Below are positions 45,654 to 61,204 of a DNA stretch of 64,000 bases, in pieces. The stretch's first letter is position 1, and each line of letters opens with the position of its first letter. A program made the translations under genes and the position numbers. Source of the stretch: an uncultured bacterium (GTDB taxonomy: Bacteria; Actinomycetota; Acidimicrobiia; Spongiisociales; UBA5794). The stretch is from assembly GCA_963801165.1 (NCBI GenBank), contig CAWDDT010000005.1, positions 288,001-352,000 of the forward strand, given 5' to 3'. Under the pieces are notes generated by a model. The model searched no databases and was not told where the DNA came from. It saw only the letters and a list, made by a program, of their open reading frames with translations.

Positions 45654-46893
45654 TCAGAAGTCCCAGTCGGGTTTTGGGCTGGGGACGAGGAGGAAGCGGT
45701 CGAGAGCGGCGAGCAGGTCCGGTGGCCCGCTGAGGTCGTCGGTCACGGCCAGCCCGGAAGCGGGACGTACCCCGAGCCACATGCGGGTGAACGCACCAAC
45801 GCTCGCGACCAGAGTCGGCAGGCCGGGTGCGGTTCCCGGATCGACCCCCGGCTCCGGCCCAAGTGTCACGACGTACTCGCCACCGACACCCCGCCACGGC
45901 GAGTCGGTGTCGATCAAGCCCTCTATTGGATCTGACAGCTCCAGGTTGAATGACACCGGCACGCCTTCGAGGCCAACAGCGGCGACACAAGCCTCGACGT
46001 TGCAGATCCGCATCTGCCAGTAGGCGGAAGCCCTCGCGCGGGTCTCGTACTGCGACTTCTCGGTCATTCTCTGCTTGCGAAACGGTCGCTCGATCAGGTC
46101 CTGAATCTGGATCGTGGCGGGCTCGCGCAGCCTGACCAGCTGCACGTTGTCACCCAGATGCACCAGCAGCGCCATCAGCTCGAGGAACTGCTCTGGGGTC
46201 TGATAGGCCATCCACCAGACCGACAGAGGCCCGTGCTCCATCGACTTGCCGCTGAACCAAAGATGGTGGGTGAGCTCGCCGTTCGGACCATCGGTGTAAC
46301 CGAGCCCGAATCCATTGTCTGCCCAAAGCATCTCGGCGTGGGTGGCGGCCGGGGCTTCCAGGTTGCACGACGCCGTGACCACGAGCCCGGCTCAGCCGCG
46401 AGGCGTGTACCGCTGCGAAGTCGTCCGCCGAGAGCCGCTTGGGCGACCGGGCCTCGACGGGCACCCGTAGCGATGCCGGGTCGAGGGAATGCCAGTACTC
46501 ATACGGCCCGCTGCCAAAACCGAGCCGGTTGTAGTAGCCCTGATCGAACATGCCAAGGGCACTCACCGCGGCGCCGGCGGCGGCGTCGCGAGCGACGGAA
46601 AGGGCCGCCAGGCGCTTCGCCAGACCTTGACGGCGGGCGATGTGGCTGGTCGTCACCGCGGTCACCACCGAGAGCGGCAAGTCATCATCCAGGTAGCGGA
46701 CCCGACCCGCTCCGGTCGCCACGTAGCACTCCGGCGACCCGTCTACATCGGCAACCAGACCGTCGAACTGTTCGGCGAACATCCCAAGCGCCTTCTCGTG
46801 ATCGTCGTTCCCGGCGTCGATCCAGCCGATCTCACGCCAGATGCGAGCGACGCCTGCGAAGTCGGCCTCATGGTCGTAAGCGCGTATCTCCAT
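45654..46893 (-). pseudogene. Eis-like GNAT acetyltransferase with SCP2-like C-terminus, +1 frameshift
   Basis: Frame 1 MEIRAY...ARRQGLA...FDQGYYNRLGF...RARGHG continues in another frame as SCNLEAP...PKPDWDF. Span is 1240 nt (3n+1), with the extra base near 46371. Confidence 0.75.
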
Positions 46894-47022
46894 AGTGTCC
46901 CTTCGTACGGGCGGCGGTGATTTCATGTCCCCAAGAAGTACAGGACCGAGATCCGCGATAATGAACCCTGGCGGATCGCCCTGCGATGCGACATCATATC
47001 CGTGTCTACCCCGGGAGGCCCG

Positions 47023-47463
47023 ATGACAACCGATCAACGTCTTGCCGGAGTCGTTCGGCGACGGTCAGAGCTGGGGAGGGCGATGCAGCAGGTCGAGCTT
47101 GCCGCCGCGGCTGCCGCGGGCAAGGAGGCCTGGGCAAACGAGCTGGAGATCAGTCTCCGCAAGCTCGAGATCGCCTGGCGGCACCATGTCAGAGAGGCCG
47201 AGTCCCCCGCCGGTCTGCACGACCGCATCCTCGATCAGGCTCCCCGGATGCAACGGACGGTAGAGTCTATCCAGGCGGATCACCGCGCCATTGCCCGCTC
47301 CGTCGAAGCCGCGCTCACCGAGGTACACGAAGCGGGTGACGACACGGACAAGGGAGCGCTGCGGGACACGGCGCTGGATATTCTCGTGGCGCTGGCACGG
47401 CACAGGCAACATGGCGCCGACCTCATCTACGACGCCTACAGCATCGATATCGGCGGTTATTAG
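47023..47463 (+). CDS. Hypothetical hemerythrin-like helical protein
   Basis: HHVREAE, ADH and RHRQHGADLIY His pattern. GGAGG SD. Confidence 0.7.
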   Translation: MTTDQRLAGVVRRRSELGRAMQQVELAAAAAAGKEAWANELEISLRKLEIAWRHHVREAESPAGLHDRILDQAPRMQRTVESIQADHRAIARSVEAALTEVHEAGDDTDKGALRDTALDILVALARHRQHGADLIYDAYSIDIGGY

Positions 47464-47477
47464 CCGTTTCCTCAGCG

Positions 47478-47519
47478 TGAGTTCCGGGCGCAGCTGAAGC
47501 TCAGGCAGAACTCAAACCT
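47478..47519 (-). repeat. Degenerate family-A repeat that overlaps the stop codon of the adjacent gene
   Basis: Minus strand AGGTTTGAGTTC-N23-GAACTCA. Confidence 0.6.
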
Positions 47520-48573
47520 CAACGCCGTCGAGAGCCTCGGAGAGATCGCCTCGGAGCGCGGCAAAATCCTCGAGCCCGATCGAGAGCCGGATCAACCCGG
47601 GGGACGCATGCGGATCGCTTCGCAGTCTGTGCTCCGCCAGTGACTCGACACCACCCAGCGAAGTCGCGTTGGTGAAGACCTGCAGCCGGTCGACGACCGC
47701 CGCCGCATCCGCGGGATCGGCGAGCTCGAACGACAGCACCCCACCGAAAGCGGACATCTGTCGCCCGGCGATGTCATGGCCGGGATGGGTCGGCAACCCC
47801 GGGTACCACACCCGCAGACCCCGATCCGCGAGATACGAAGCGAGCTGAAGGGCGGTCTCGCTCTGACGGGCGACCCGCAGCGGCAACGTGCGGACCCCAC
47901 GCAACGTGAGCCACGTTTCGAGGGTGCCGGGGATGGCGCCATCGAGGACCCGTGCCTGCCGCAAATCCGCAGCAGCACCGGCGTCCTGCGAAGAGACCAC
48001 GCCGCCCATCGCATCAGAGTGCCCGGCGATGAACTTCGTCGACGCATGCACCGAGTAGTCGATGCCTAGCCCGAGCGTGTCCTGGAGCACGGGGGTGGCG
48101 AATGTTGCGTCGGCCACCGTGACCACCCCTCGCTCCTGAGCCATCCCGGCGACCCCGGCCAGATCGGTGATCAGGCACTTCGGATTGGATGGTGTCTCCA
48201 GCCACCACACGTCGCCGCGACCCAGATCGGCCGTCTTGACCACCTCCCAGGTCCCGCGCTCCGCCTCTGCGGCGACAAACCCGGTGACCCCGTGATACAC
48301 ATCGTCGGGGAGGGCTATCCGTTGCGGCCGCAGGTGCCGTAACACCGCAGCCACCGCAGCCATCCCGGAAGGGAAGGCAACGGCGTGACCACCCTCCAGT
48401 GCTCCAATGACCGCCTCTAACCGCTCGGTCGTCTCGTCACCCATCCGCTTGTAGACCCGACCGCCCTCGCGGTGTTCAAAGGTAGTGCTGGGACGGAGCG
48501 GAGGAGCCACATCCGGCAGCTCCGCCAGCCCATCGTCTGCGTGGAGCGCTGTTGTGTACGGGTCCCGGTGCAT
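47512..48573 (-). CDS. Cystathionine gamma-synthase/lyase family PLP enzyme
   Basis: [35 protein letters not shown] and [14 protein letters not shown] -10 lies 6 nt before ATG at 48573. Confidence 0.9.
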   Translation of the reverse strand: MHRDPYTTALHADDGLAELPDVAPPLRPSTTFEHREGGRVYKRMGDETTERLEAVIGALEGGHAVAFPSGMAAVAAVLRHLRPQRIALPDDVYHGVTGFVAAEAERGTWEVVKTADLGRGDVWWLETPSNPKCLITDLAGVAGMAQERGVVTVADATFATPVLQDTLGLGIDYSVHASTKFIAGHSDAMGGVVSSQDAGAAADLRQARVLDGAIPGTLETWLTLRGVRTLPLRVARQSETALQLASYLADRGLRVWYPGLPTHPGHDIAGRQMSAFGGVLSFELADPADAAAVVDRLQVFTNATSLGGVESLAEHRLRSDPHASPGLIRLSIGLEDFAALRGDLSEALDGVEV

Positions 48574-48611
48574 GTGGGCACTGTACCGAGTGTCTATAGT
48601 GCGCGCAGCCA

Positions 48612-48646
48612 CCCTTTAAAGACCGGTCCCGTGAGGCCGGAAAGGA
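48612..48646 (+). promoter_or_regulatory. PyrR binding loop overlapping the carA SD
   Basis: CCTTTAAAGACCGGTCCCGTGAGGCCGGAAAGG fits the PyrR element (CCUUUAA...RUCCNGNGAGGY...AAAGG). TATAGT -10 at 48595-48600. Confidence 0.85.
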
Positions 48647-48654
48647 CGGTAAAC

Positions 48655-49769
48655 ATGGCACCCCAGAAAGTCCGCGGCGCCCTGGTACTCGCCGACGGGA
48701 CATTTTTCAACGGTACCGCGATCGGGGCTGAGGGCGCCGGCATCGGCGAGGTGGTGTTCAACACCTCGATGACGGGCTACCAGGAGATCCTCACCGACCC
48801 CTCCTACGCCAGGCAGATCGTCACCCTGACCACCCCCCACATCGGCAACTACGGGATGGCCGCAGCCGACGATCAGGCCGACCGACCGCACTGCACCGGC
48901 TTGATCGTCCGATCCGCCACCCGCAGACCCTCCAACTGGCGGGCCGAGGGACCACTGGGCGAGTGGCTCCGCGACCGGGCCGTGGTCGCTCTCGCCGATG
49001 TCGACACCCGCCGGCTGACTCGCCACCTGCGTGACCATGGCGCCATGCCGGGGGTGGTGGCCACCGACGGCACCGCCGCCGAGCTGAGGCATCTTGCTGC
49101 CACGGCACCCCATATGACCGGTCTCGACCTCGCCTCCAGCGTTAGCACGCCGGTTCCGTATGTGGTCGACGCAACACACGATCGTGTCGGCACGGTCGTC
49201 GCCATCGACCTCGGCATGAAGCGGCGAATCGTCGAGGAGCTAACGAGACGGGGGCTCGAGACCCACGTCGTCCCGGCCACGGCCACTGCGGAGGAGATCC
49301 TCGCCATGAACCCCGGCGGCGTGTTCGTCTCCAACGGGCCGGGGGACCCCGAACCGCTCACCGGCGTCACGGCCACGCTCCGGGACCTCCTGGGCGAGAC
49401 GCCCGTCTTCGGCATCTGTCTCGGGCATCAGGTGCTCGGGCTGGCTCTGGGTGCCCGCACCTACAAGCTGCCGTTTGGTCACCATGGTGGCAACCATCCA
49501 GTGCGCCGCGAGTCAGACGGCGCCGTCCACATCACCGCTCAGAACCACGGCTTCGCCGTCGACCTCACGCCCGGCGAGGTATTCGACGGCGAATTCGGGC
49601 CGGTCGACGTCACCCACGTCAACCTCAACGATGGGACCGTGGAGGGTCTCGCCTGTCGCGACATCACGGCCTTCTCGGTGCAGTATCACCCGGAGGCGGC
49701 GCCCGGGCCCAACGACGCCAAGCACCTCTTCGACCGGTTCGCCGAACTGGTGATCGCGGGGACCCACTG

Positions 49770-49770
<1 letters not shown>
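48655..49770 (+). CDS. carA: Carbamoyl-phosphate synthase small subunit
   Basis: [28 protein letters not shown] and QYHPE. Confidence 0.96.
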
Positions 49771-53027
<3,257 letters not shown>

Positions 53028-53045
53028 GCCTTCTGGCGACAGGCA

Positions 53046-54008
53046 TTATGCGGCGGGCCAGCCCCCGAGGTCGGCGAGCGTCGGTGGGTCCGCCCCAGCG
53101 CGGGTGCACACGGCCGCCGAAGCGCGCACGGCGAACCGAACTGCGCGCAGGATCGACCCGGCGTCGTCCAGGTCGGACGGCCCGACGCCATGGTGAACAA
53201 GGCAGGCTAGGAAGGCCCCACCGAATGTGTCCCCCGCCCCGACCGTGTCAACTACGTCGACCGCCGGCGCCGCCACGAGTTCCGTGCCCGCTGCGGTCAG
53301 GACGCGGACGGGGTGCGATCCATCGGTCACGAGCACAACGCGCGGGCCCCGAGCCCACACCCAGGCCGCAGCGTCATCGAGTGGCTCGCCCGGTCGCAGG
53401 AACTCGAGGTCCTCAGTGCTCGCTTTGACGATGTCGGCGCGCCCCATGATCCGAGTCATCCGAGCCCGCCACGCCTCCGGGTTGGTCGTCATCGAAGGAC
53501 GTGCGTTGGGATCGAGCTGGAGGAGACACTGCTCCGGCACGTCAACCGCAAACGCCTCGAGGGTCGATCCTATGGGCTCGAGGACGAGGCCGATCGATCC
53601 GGTGGCAACGGCGCGGACCGAGTTTGCGATGACACCGCTGAGTGGCCCGGACTGGACTGCCGGAGCGGACGTCTGAGCCGTGTAGAACCGATACGAAGCG
53701 CTGCCGTCGGCGCCCAGTTCGGCCAGCGAGAGCGTGGTGGGCAGGTCCGTCCGCTGGACGGCTCGCAAATCGACGCCGTCGCCTGCGAGCCCGGCTTCGA
53801 GCATCCGCCCAAACCGATCCGTGGACAGCCCGCCGACAAAGGCGGTAGGCATGTCCAGACGTGCGATGGCGCGGGCGGTGTTGTACGGGCTGCCACCCGT
53901 TACCGGCACGATCTCGCCGTCGGCCCGCACGATCAGGTCGACGAGCGCCTCGCCGGCGACAATGATGGAGGGCCGGGCGGGCTCGGTGGGATCGGTTCCG
54001 CTAGTCAC
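53046..54008 (-). CDS. PfkB-family carbohydrate kinase (fructokinase-like)
   Basis: GEALVD, GGSPYN, DPNARP and VDTVGAGDTF. Start uncertain (GTG at 54008 chosen). Confidence 0.88.
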   Translation of the reverse strand: MTSGTDPTEPARPSIIVAGEALVDLIVRADGEIVPVTGGSPYNTARAIARLDMPTAFVGGLSTDRFGRMLEAGLAGDGVDLRAVQRTDLPTTLSLAELGADGSASYRFYTAQTSAPAVQSGPLSGVIANSVRAVATGSIGLVLEPIGSTLEAFAVDVPEQCLLQLDPNARPSMTTNPEAWRARMTRIMGRADIVKASTEDLEFLRPGEPLDDAAAWVWARGPRVVLVTDGSHPVRVLTAAGTELVAAPAVDVVDTVGAGDTFGGAFLACLVHHGVGPSDLDDAGSILRAVRFAVRASAAVCTRAGADPPTLADLGGWPAA

Positions 54009-54050
54009 GCCGACGATTATCGCAGCGACGCAGCCCGCCGCAGTCACCGC

Positions 54051-54094
54051 TCTGGCGTTGGAGACCGGAACATTTTCCGGTCTGCGACGCCAGA
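54051..54094. repeat. Family-B palindromic element
   Basis: TCTGGCGTTG-GAGACCGGAACATTTTCCGGTCTG-CGACGCCAGA. Confidence 0.7.
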
Positions 54095-54141
54095 AGGGGG
54101 AGAATGGGGGTGTCACCCGGGAAGGGCTCCGGTGACGTCTC

Positions 54142-54600
54142 ATGGGTGTGATGACCGAGGAAGAGATCTACCGGAAGTACGCAGACGACCTGGTGCGATT
54201 CGCTACGGGCCTGGTCGGCCCGTTCGATGCGCCAGACGTCGTCACCGACGCGTGTTTGCGTGCGTTTCGCACCAGTGGCTGGGACCAGGTTGCCAACCAC
54301 CGGGCATATCTCTATCGCACGGTCCTCAACCAAGCGCGGTCGCAGCATCGCTCCACACTCCGCCGCAGGCTCCGTGAGATGCGGGCAGCAACGCCCGATA
54401 TTGCGGTATCTGCCGAGGTGGACGTTGATGTGCTGGCGGCCGTCGACAAGTTGAGCGTGCAACAGCGCGCCAGCGTCGTGCTCACCTATTGGGAAGACCT
54501 CACGCCGGCCGAGGTCGCGACCCGTCTCGGAATCTCCGAGGGATCGGTGAAACGCCACCTGGCGCGTGCGCGCGCACGTCTCAAGGAGCTTCTGCAATGA
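54142..54600 (+). CDS. ECF RNA polymerase sigma factor
   Basis: DVVTDA, RAYLYRTVLN and LSVQQRASVVLTYWEDL..EVATRLGISEGSVKRHLARAR. Confidence 0.9.
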   Translation: MGVMTEEEIYRKYADDLVRFATGLVGPFDAPDVVTDACLRAFRTSGWDQVANHRAYLYRTVLNQARSQHRSTLRRRLREMRAATPDIAVSAEVDVDVLAAVDKLSVQQRASVVLTYWEDLTPAEVATRLGISEGSVKRHLARARARLKELLQ

Positions 54601-56414
54601 GCGAACCAATGGACAGCAAGCTGCGCGAGCTGACGTACCGGCTCATGGCGATGACCCCTGAGGCGCCACCATTCCCGGAGGAAGAAATGGTCCAGCTCAA
54701 GCCCTCACCCGTGCCGGCACCCCCGACCCGGCACCGCAACCCGCTCGTTTGGGTCGGTGTCACCGCCGTTGCCGCTCTACTCATCGTCGGCCTACCACTG
54801 ATCCTGCTCCATGGCGGCTCTGCGCCGAATCCCAGCTCAACAGTGCCCCCGGCGACACAGACGACGGAGACACCTACGACGGCACCGGTATCCACTGCGT
54901 CGTTTGACGTGACCCTGTATTTCCTCGCCGACTATGTCGAAAACTCAACCATCGCGGGACCACACCTCGTGGCGGTTCGCCGCCAGGTCACGGCCGCCGT
55001 CGCAAACGGTCAGCCTGACGCGTTCGACTCGCTGAATGCAGCCTTATCCGCCCTTCTCGAGGGCCCCACGACAACCGACGACGAGGTGCGTCCCGGCGTA
55101 TCGTCGGGCATCCCCGACGGCACCCAGCTGCTCGGAGTGACCGCCGACCAGACCGGTGAGGAATCCCGGGTCACCATCGACTTCAACACGACATTCGAGT
55201 CTGGAGGCGGCACGTTCTCCATGGGCGCCCGGCTTGCCCAGGTCGTCTACACGGCGACGCAGTTCGGATATCCGTCGGTCGAATTCGAGATCAACGGCGA
55301 GCCAGTCGACGTGTTCTCCTCGGAGGGCCTCGTTCTCGACGGCCCACAGACCCGCGACGACTACCGGGACTTCCTGCCGTCGATCTTCGTCGAGCAGCCA
55401 CTCCAGGGTGATACGGTGACGTCACCGGTCGAGATCACCGGTGTGGCCAACACGTTCGAGGCGGGTCTTCTGTTTCGCATCGAACTCGAAAACGGCGACG
55501 TTCTTGCCGAAGGCAATTCGATGGCGAGTTGTGGCACCGGCTGCTGGGGCGATTTCACAATTACACCCGAATACACACTGGCGGAGCCGGCGACGGGCTA
55601 CGTAGTGGTGTACGACGCTTCGGCGAAGGACGGCAGCTCGATCGACATCGTGCGCATCCCGGTGAACCTGGAGGCAGCGGAAGCTACCAAGGCAGCGGCT
55701 CCCGCGATCGTCAATCTCGAGGGGGTGGTCGACGGCATGACCATTGTCGAGCCGACCGTGAACGTAGGGGTCACCGCCTCCGGTGTCGACACCGTCACCA
55801 TCAATGGCACGGACGCAGAGATATTCGAAGGCGGACTGGTCGACGGGGTTCAGACGTACTACACCAACGCCGACGTCGACCTCACCGAGGGGCCCAACAC
55901 GATCGAGGTGGTGCTCACCGGTCCCGGCGGTACCACGTCCGAAACGATCAACGTCACCTACGCCCCAAACGCCGAGCGGCAGATCGCCTACCTGACCCAG
56001 GTCGGGGCCAACGAGATCGTCGCCGACTACATCCAGTGGCTCACCGGAGATGCGGCCAACCAGGCCGCCTTCGAGGATGGCGTGATCGGCTCGGTCGACG
56101 AGGGCGTGCCCAACGACTACTACATCCGGAACACCAACCCCCAGCTTCGCACCCTTCCGCTCGGCGACAACCCGCTGGTGATCCTCCAGACGTCCGCGGT
56201 CGGCTCGGTCTCCGGAGTCACCGTGCCCATCGACGAGTGGCTAGGACTGTTCAAGGACGACGGAACACCGTGGAACTACGAGACGGATGCGGTCCCCGAT
56301 TGGCCTGCCCCCAACTACGGATTCGTCGGCGCCAGCACCGTCTATGCCCCCTACTGGCTGACCCTGGACGGCAACGGCAACGTCATGCAAATCGAGCAGC
56401 AATACATCCCGTAG
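54597..56414 (+). CDS. Membrane-anchored GerMN + Gmad2 domain protein, putative anti-sigma factor
   Basis: Short cytoplasmic N-terminus and 1 TM. ALLEGPT...IPDGT...RLAQVVYTATQF (GerMN) and ITGVANTFEA...GCWGDF (Gmad2). ATGA overlap with the sigma gene. Confidence 0.82.
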   Translation: MSEPMDSKLRELTYRLMAMTPEAPPFPEEEMVQLKPSPVPAPPTRHRNPLVWVGVTAVAALLIVGLPLILLHGGSAPNPSSTVPPATQTTETPTTAPVSTASFDVTLYFLADYVENSTIAGPHLVAVRRQVTAAVANGQPDAFDSLNAALSALLEGPTTTDDEVRPGVSSGIPDGTQLLGVTADQTGEESRVTIDFNTTFESGGGTFSMGARLAQVVYTATQFGYPSVEFEINGEPVDVFSSEGLVLDGPQTRDDYRDFLPSIFVEQPLQGDTVTSPVEITGVANTFEAGLLFRIELENGDVLAEGNSMASCGTGCWGDFTITPEYTLAEPATGYVVVYDASAKDGSSIDIVRIPVNLEAAEATKAAAPAIVNLEGVVDGMTIVEPTVNVGVTASGVDTVTINGTDAEIFEGGLVDGVQTYYTNADVDLTEGPNTIEVVLTGPGGTTSETINVTYAPNAERQIAYLTQVGANEIVADYIQWLTGDAANQAAFEDGVIGSVDEGVPNDYYIRNTNPQLRTLPLGDNPLVILQTSAVGSVSGVTVPIDEWLGLFKDDGTPWNYETDAVPDWPAPNYGFVGASTVYAPYWLTLDGNGNVMQIEQQYIP

Positions 56415-56428
56415 TGGCCTCCGCGCTT

Positions 56429-56491
56429 CCTCCCGCTTCCGGCGTAGCGGGTGCCGTCATACCGGCACGGTCTACGCAAGAAGCGGGGAGG
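56429..56491. repeat. Family-B palindromic element between convergent genes
   Basis: TCCGGCGTAG-N24-CTACGCAAGA (56438-56481), extended by CCTCCCGCTTC/GAAGCGGGGAGG. Confidence 0.7.
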
Positions 56492-59185
<2,694 letters not shown>

Positions 59186-59217
59186 GAGAAAACGTTACAC
59201 GGCGGGGAGAACGACCC

Positions 59218-59727
59218 TCAATTCACCAGCTCGAATGCTTCCGGGTAGGTCGCCGGCCCGATCGGCGCCGTAGCCGGATCGCCGAGGATGAGGGCGAGGA
59301 AGTGCGGGCCGCTCTGCCGGCCCGGGTATCGCTTTCCAACCGCGCAAGAGAACCCGAATCGGGAGTAGTACGCGGGATTGCCTACCACCAGGATCACCTG
59401 CTCTTCCCGCTCCCGGAGCACCTCGATCCCGGTGCTTATCAGCTTCGACCCAACCCCTTTGCCCTGACGGTCCGGATCAACAGCAACCGGCGCCAGCGCC
59501 ACTCCGCCGACAGGACCATCGGCCGTGTCGACCGTCAGACGTGAGAACGCCGCGTGCCCGACGACCTCGCCATTCACCGTAGCCACCAGGGAGAGCAGCA
59601 GGTCGCCTGCGGAGCGCAGAGCATCCACCAGCTCGGCCTCCTCGTTGCGACCATCGAAGGCCCGGGTGTTCACCCGATAGATCCACTCGTGCTGATCGGG
59701 CTGCTCCGGTGATACCTGGATCGTCAC
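59218..59727 (-). CDS. GNAT N-acetyltransferase (YhbS-like)
   Basis: EAELVDALR, LAPVAVDPDRQGKGVGSKL and VVGNPAYYSRFGF. GTG at 59727. Confidence 0.88.
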   Translation of the reverse strand: MTIQVSPEQPDQHEWIYRVNTRAFDGRNEEAELVDALRSAGDLLLSLVATVNGEVVGHAAFSRLTVDTADGPVGGVALAPVAVDPDRQGKGVGSKLISTGIEVLREREEQVILVVGNPAYYSRFGFSCAVGKRYPGRQSGPHFLALILGDPATAPIGPATYPEAFELVN

Positions 59728-59894
59728 CAGGACAACTCCCGGGACCCGGCGGCCGCAACCGTGCCTCCGATGGAGGCGCTCTTGCCCTCCCAAACCAACT
59801 CGATCCGGCTGGGATGGCCGATCTCCTCGCCCTGGTCGATCGTGGTGCCGCCGTCGCGGGTGAAGACGCGGAGTACCGAGCAGGGTCGTGACAT
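59724..59894 (-). pseudogene. 56-aa PhzF-like remnant (in-frame internal deletion)
   Basis: MSRPCSVLRVFTRDGG joined to TTIDQGEEIGHPSRIELVWEGKSASIGGTV...ELSW. TACTCT -10 lies 6 nt upstream. Confidence 0.65.
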
Positions 59895-59943
59895 GGCCCA
59901 AGAGTACCGGAAAGACGCTGCTAAGAGCCCTCAGGGCGTCTGC

Positions 59944-60762
59944 TCACGGGGCGCCGGTGGGATCCCATCCAGTGGCCAGGCCCTCGTCGAGAGCATCAAG
60001 CCGTTCCATGTCGTCATCGTCGAGCGTGAAGTCGAACACGGCAAAGTTCTCGGCAATGCGGCTGGCATGCACCGACTTGGGGAGCGCTACGAACCCCTTG
60101 TCGAGTGACCAGCGGATCAGTACCTGCGCCGGCGTCTTGTCGTAGCGGTTGCCGATTTCAGCGAGCACGGGATCGGCGAGCTTACGACCCTTGGTCAACG
60201 GGCTGTACGCCTCGACGACAACACCGAGCTCCCGGCACAGCGCGACGATATCGCGCCTGCTCCGATAGTTATAGGGAGACAGCTCGATCTGGTTGACGGC
60301 GGGGGTCACGGCAGCGTTCTCGACTATCTCCTCGAGATGCTGTGTCATGTAGTTGCACACACCGATGTCACGTACCCGACCGTCGAGGGTCAGCCGCTCG
60401 AGGGCACGCCACGTGTCCAGCCGTCGCTCCGGCACGGGCCAGTGGATCAGGTAGAGATCAACGTAGTCGAGACCGAGTGTTTCGAGGGAGCGATCGAACG
60501 CAGCGAGAGCGTTGTCGTAGCCGTGGTCGTCGTTCCACAGTTTCGTGGTCACAAAGACATCGCTTCTGTCGAGGCCACTCGCCGCGATGGCATCGCCGAC
60601 GTCTGCCTCGTTGTTGTAGATCGATGCCGTGTCAATGAGCCGATACCCGATCCGCAGCGCTTCCAGGACCGCATCCCTGGTGACCACTCCCGGCTCGCTC
60701 TTGTAGACGCCCAGACCGATGGCCGGAATCGAGCGCCGGGACCGCATGGTCAAGGTAGCCAT
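59944..60762 (-). CDS. Aldo/keto reductase (2,5-DKG reductase-like)
   Basis: IGLGVY, DTASIYNNE, TTKLWN, DLYLIHWP, NQIE and LPKS. Confidence 0.92.
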   Translation of the reverse strand: MATLTMRSRRSIPAIGLGVYKSEPGVVTRDAVLEALRIGYRLIDTASIYNNEADVGDAIAASGLDRSDVFVTTKLWNDDHGYDNALAAFDRSLETLGLDYVDLYLIHWPVPERRLDTWRALERLTLDGRVRDIGVCNYMTQHLEEIVENAAVTPAVNQIELSPYNYRSRRDIVALCRELGVVVEAYSPLTKGRKLADPVLAEIGNRYDKTPAQVLIRWSLDKGFVALPKSVHASRIAENFAVFDFTLDDDDMERLDALDEGLATGWDPTGAP

Positions 60763-60838
60763 GACTCACCCCTTTGTGTTGCCTCCACGCATGACTCTAT
60801 CGAAATGTGCTCCCGGACAGGTGGTAGCGTCACCGACA

Positions 60839-61063
60839 ATGTCAATGACCGAACTGCTCGGGCTGGATGATCTCATGGCGGAGCTGATCGTCGCGGTCGG
60901 TGCGGCCATGGTGCTCGGCAGCGGTTTAGCGATCATCCAGCACGCTCGCGGCAAGCGCCCCGAAGGCGCCGACGGAGAGTTTCGCGCCGGTCGCGTCTCC
61001 TGGCTGCTCACCGTCGGGATGGTCATCACCGTGTGGGGTCTCGCCAGCTTGCTGTCCACCTGA
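60839..61063 (+). CDS. Small hypothetical membrane protein (2 TM)
   Basis: Two hydrophobic helices. TAGCGT -10 at 60825-60830. Confidence 0.6.
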   Translation: MSMTELLGLDDLMAELIVAVGAAMVLGSGLAIIQHARGKRPEGADGEFRAGRVSWLLTVGMVITVWGLASLLST

Positions 61064-61085
61064 TGCGGTTACACTTGTGGCTCCC

Positions 61086-61159
61086 GCGGGTGTAGTTCAA
61101 TGGTAGAACATCAGCTTCCCAAGCTGAATACGGGAGTTCGATTCTCCTCACCCGCTCCA
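61086..61159 (+). tRNA. tRNA-Gly(CCC)
   Basis: GCGGGTG/CACCCGC acceptor stem, anticodon arm TCAGC-TTCCCAA-GCTGA, GTTCGA T-loop and encoded CCA. Confidence 0.97.
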
Positions 61160-61203
61160 GGTCGAGGCATTCAGGCGGTTTGGTCGAGGCATTCAGGCGG
61201 TTT
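61160..61203. repeat. 22-bp tandem duplication directly after the tRNA CCA
   Basis: GGTCGAGGCATTCAGGCGGTTT twice. Confidence 0.9.
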
Positions 61204-61204
61204 G

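Noticed and set aside
46392-46394. In-frame TGA upstream of the 45654-46382 ORF as possible selenocysteine
   Set aside because: The N-terminal half of the protein is in a different frame, so a frameshift explains the split.
61086-61203. Integrated element at tRNA-Gly
   Set aside because: No integrase and no second copy of the tRNA 3' end were noticed in the window.
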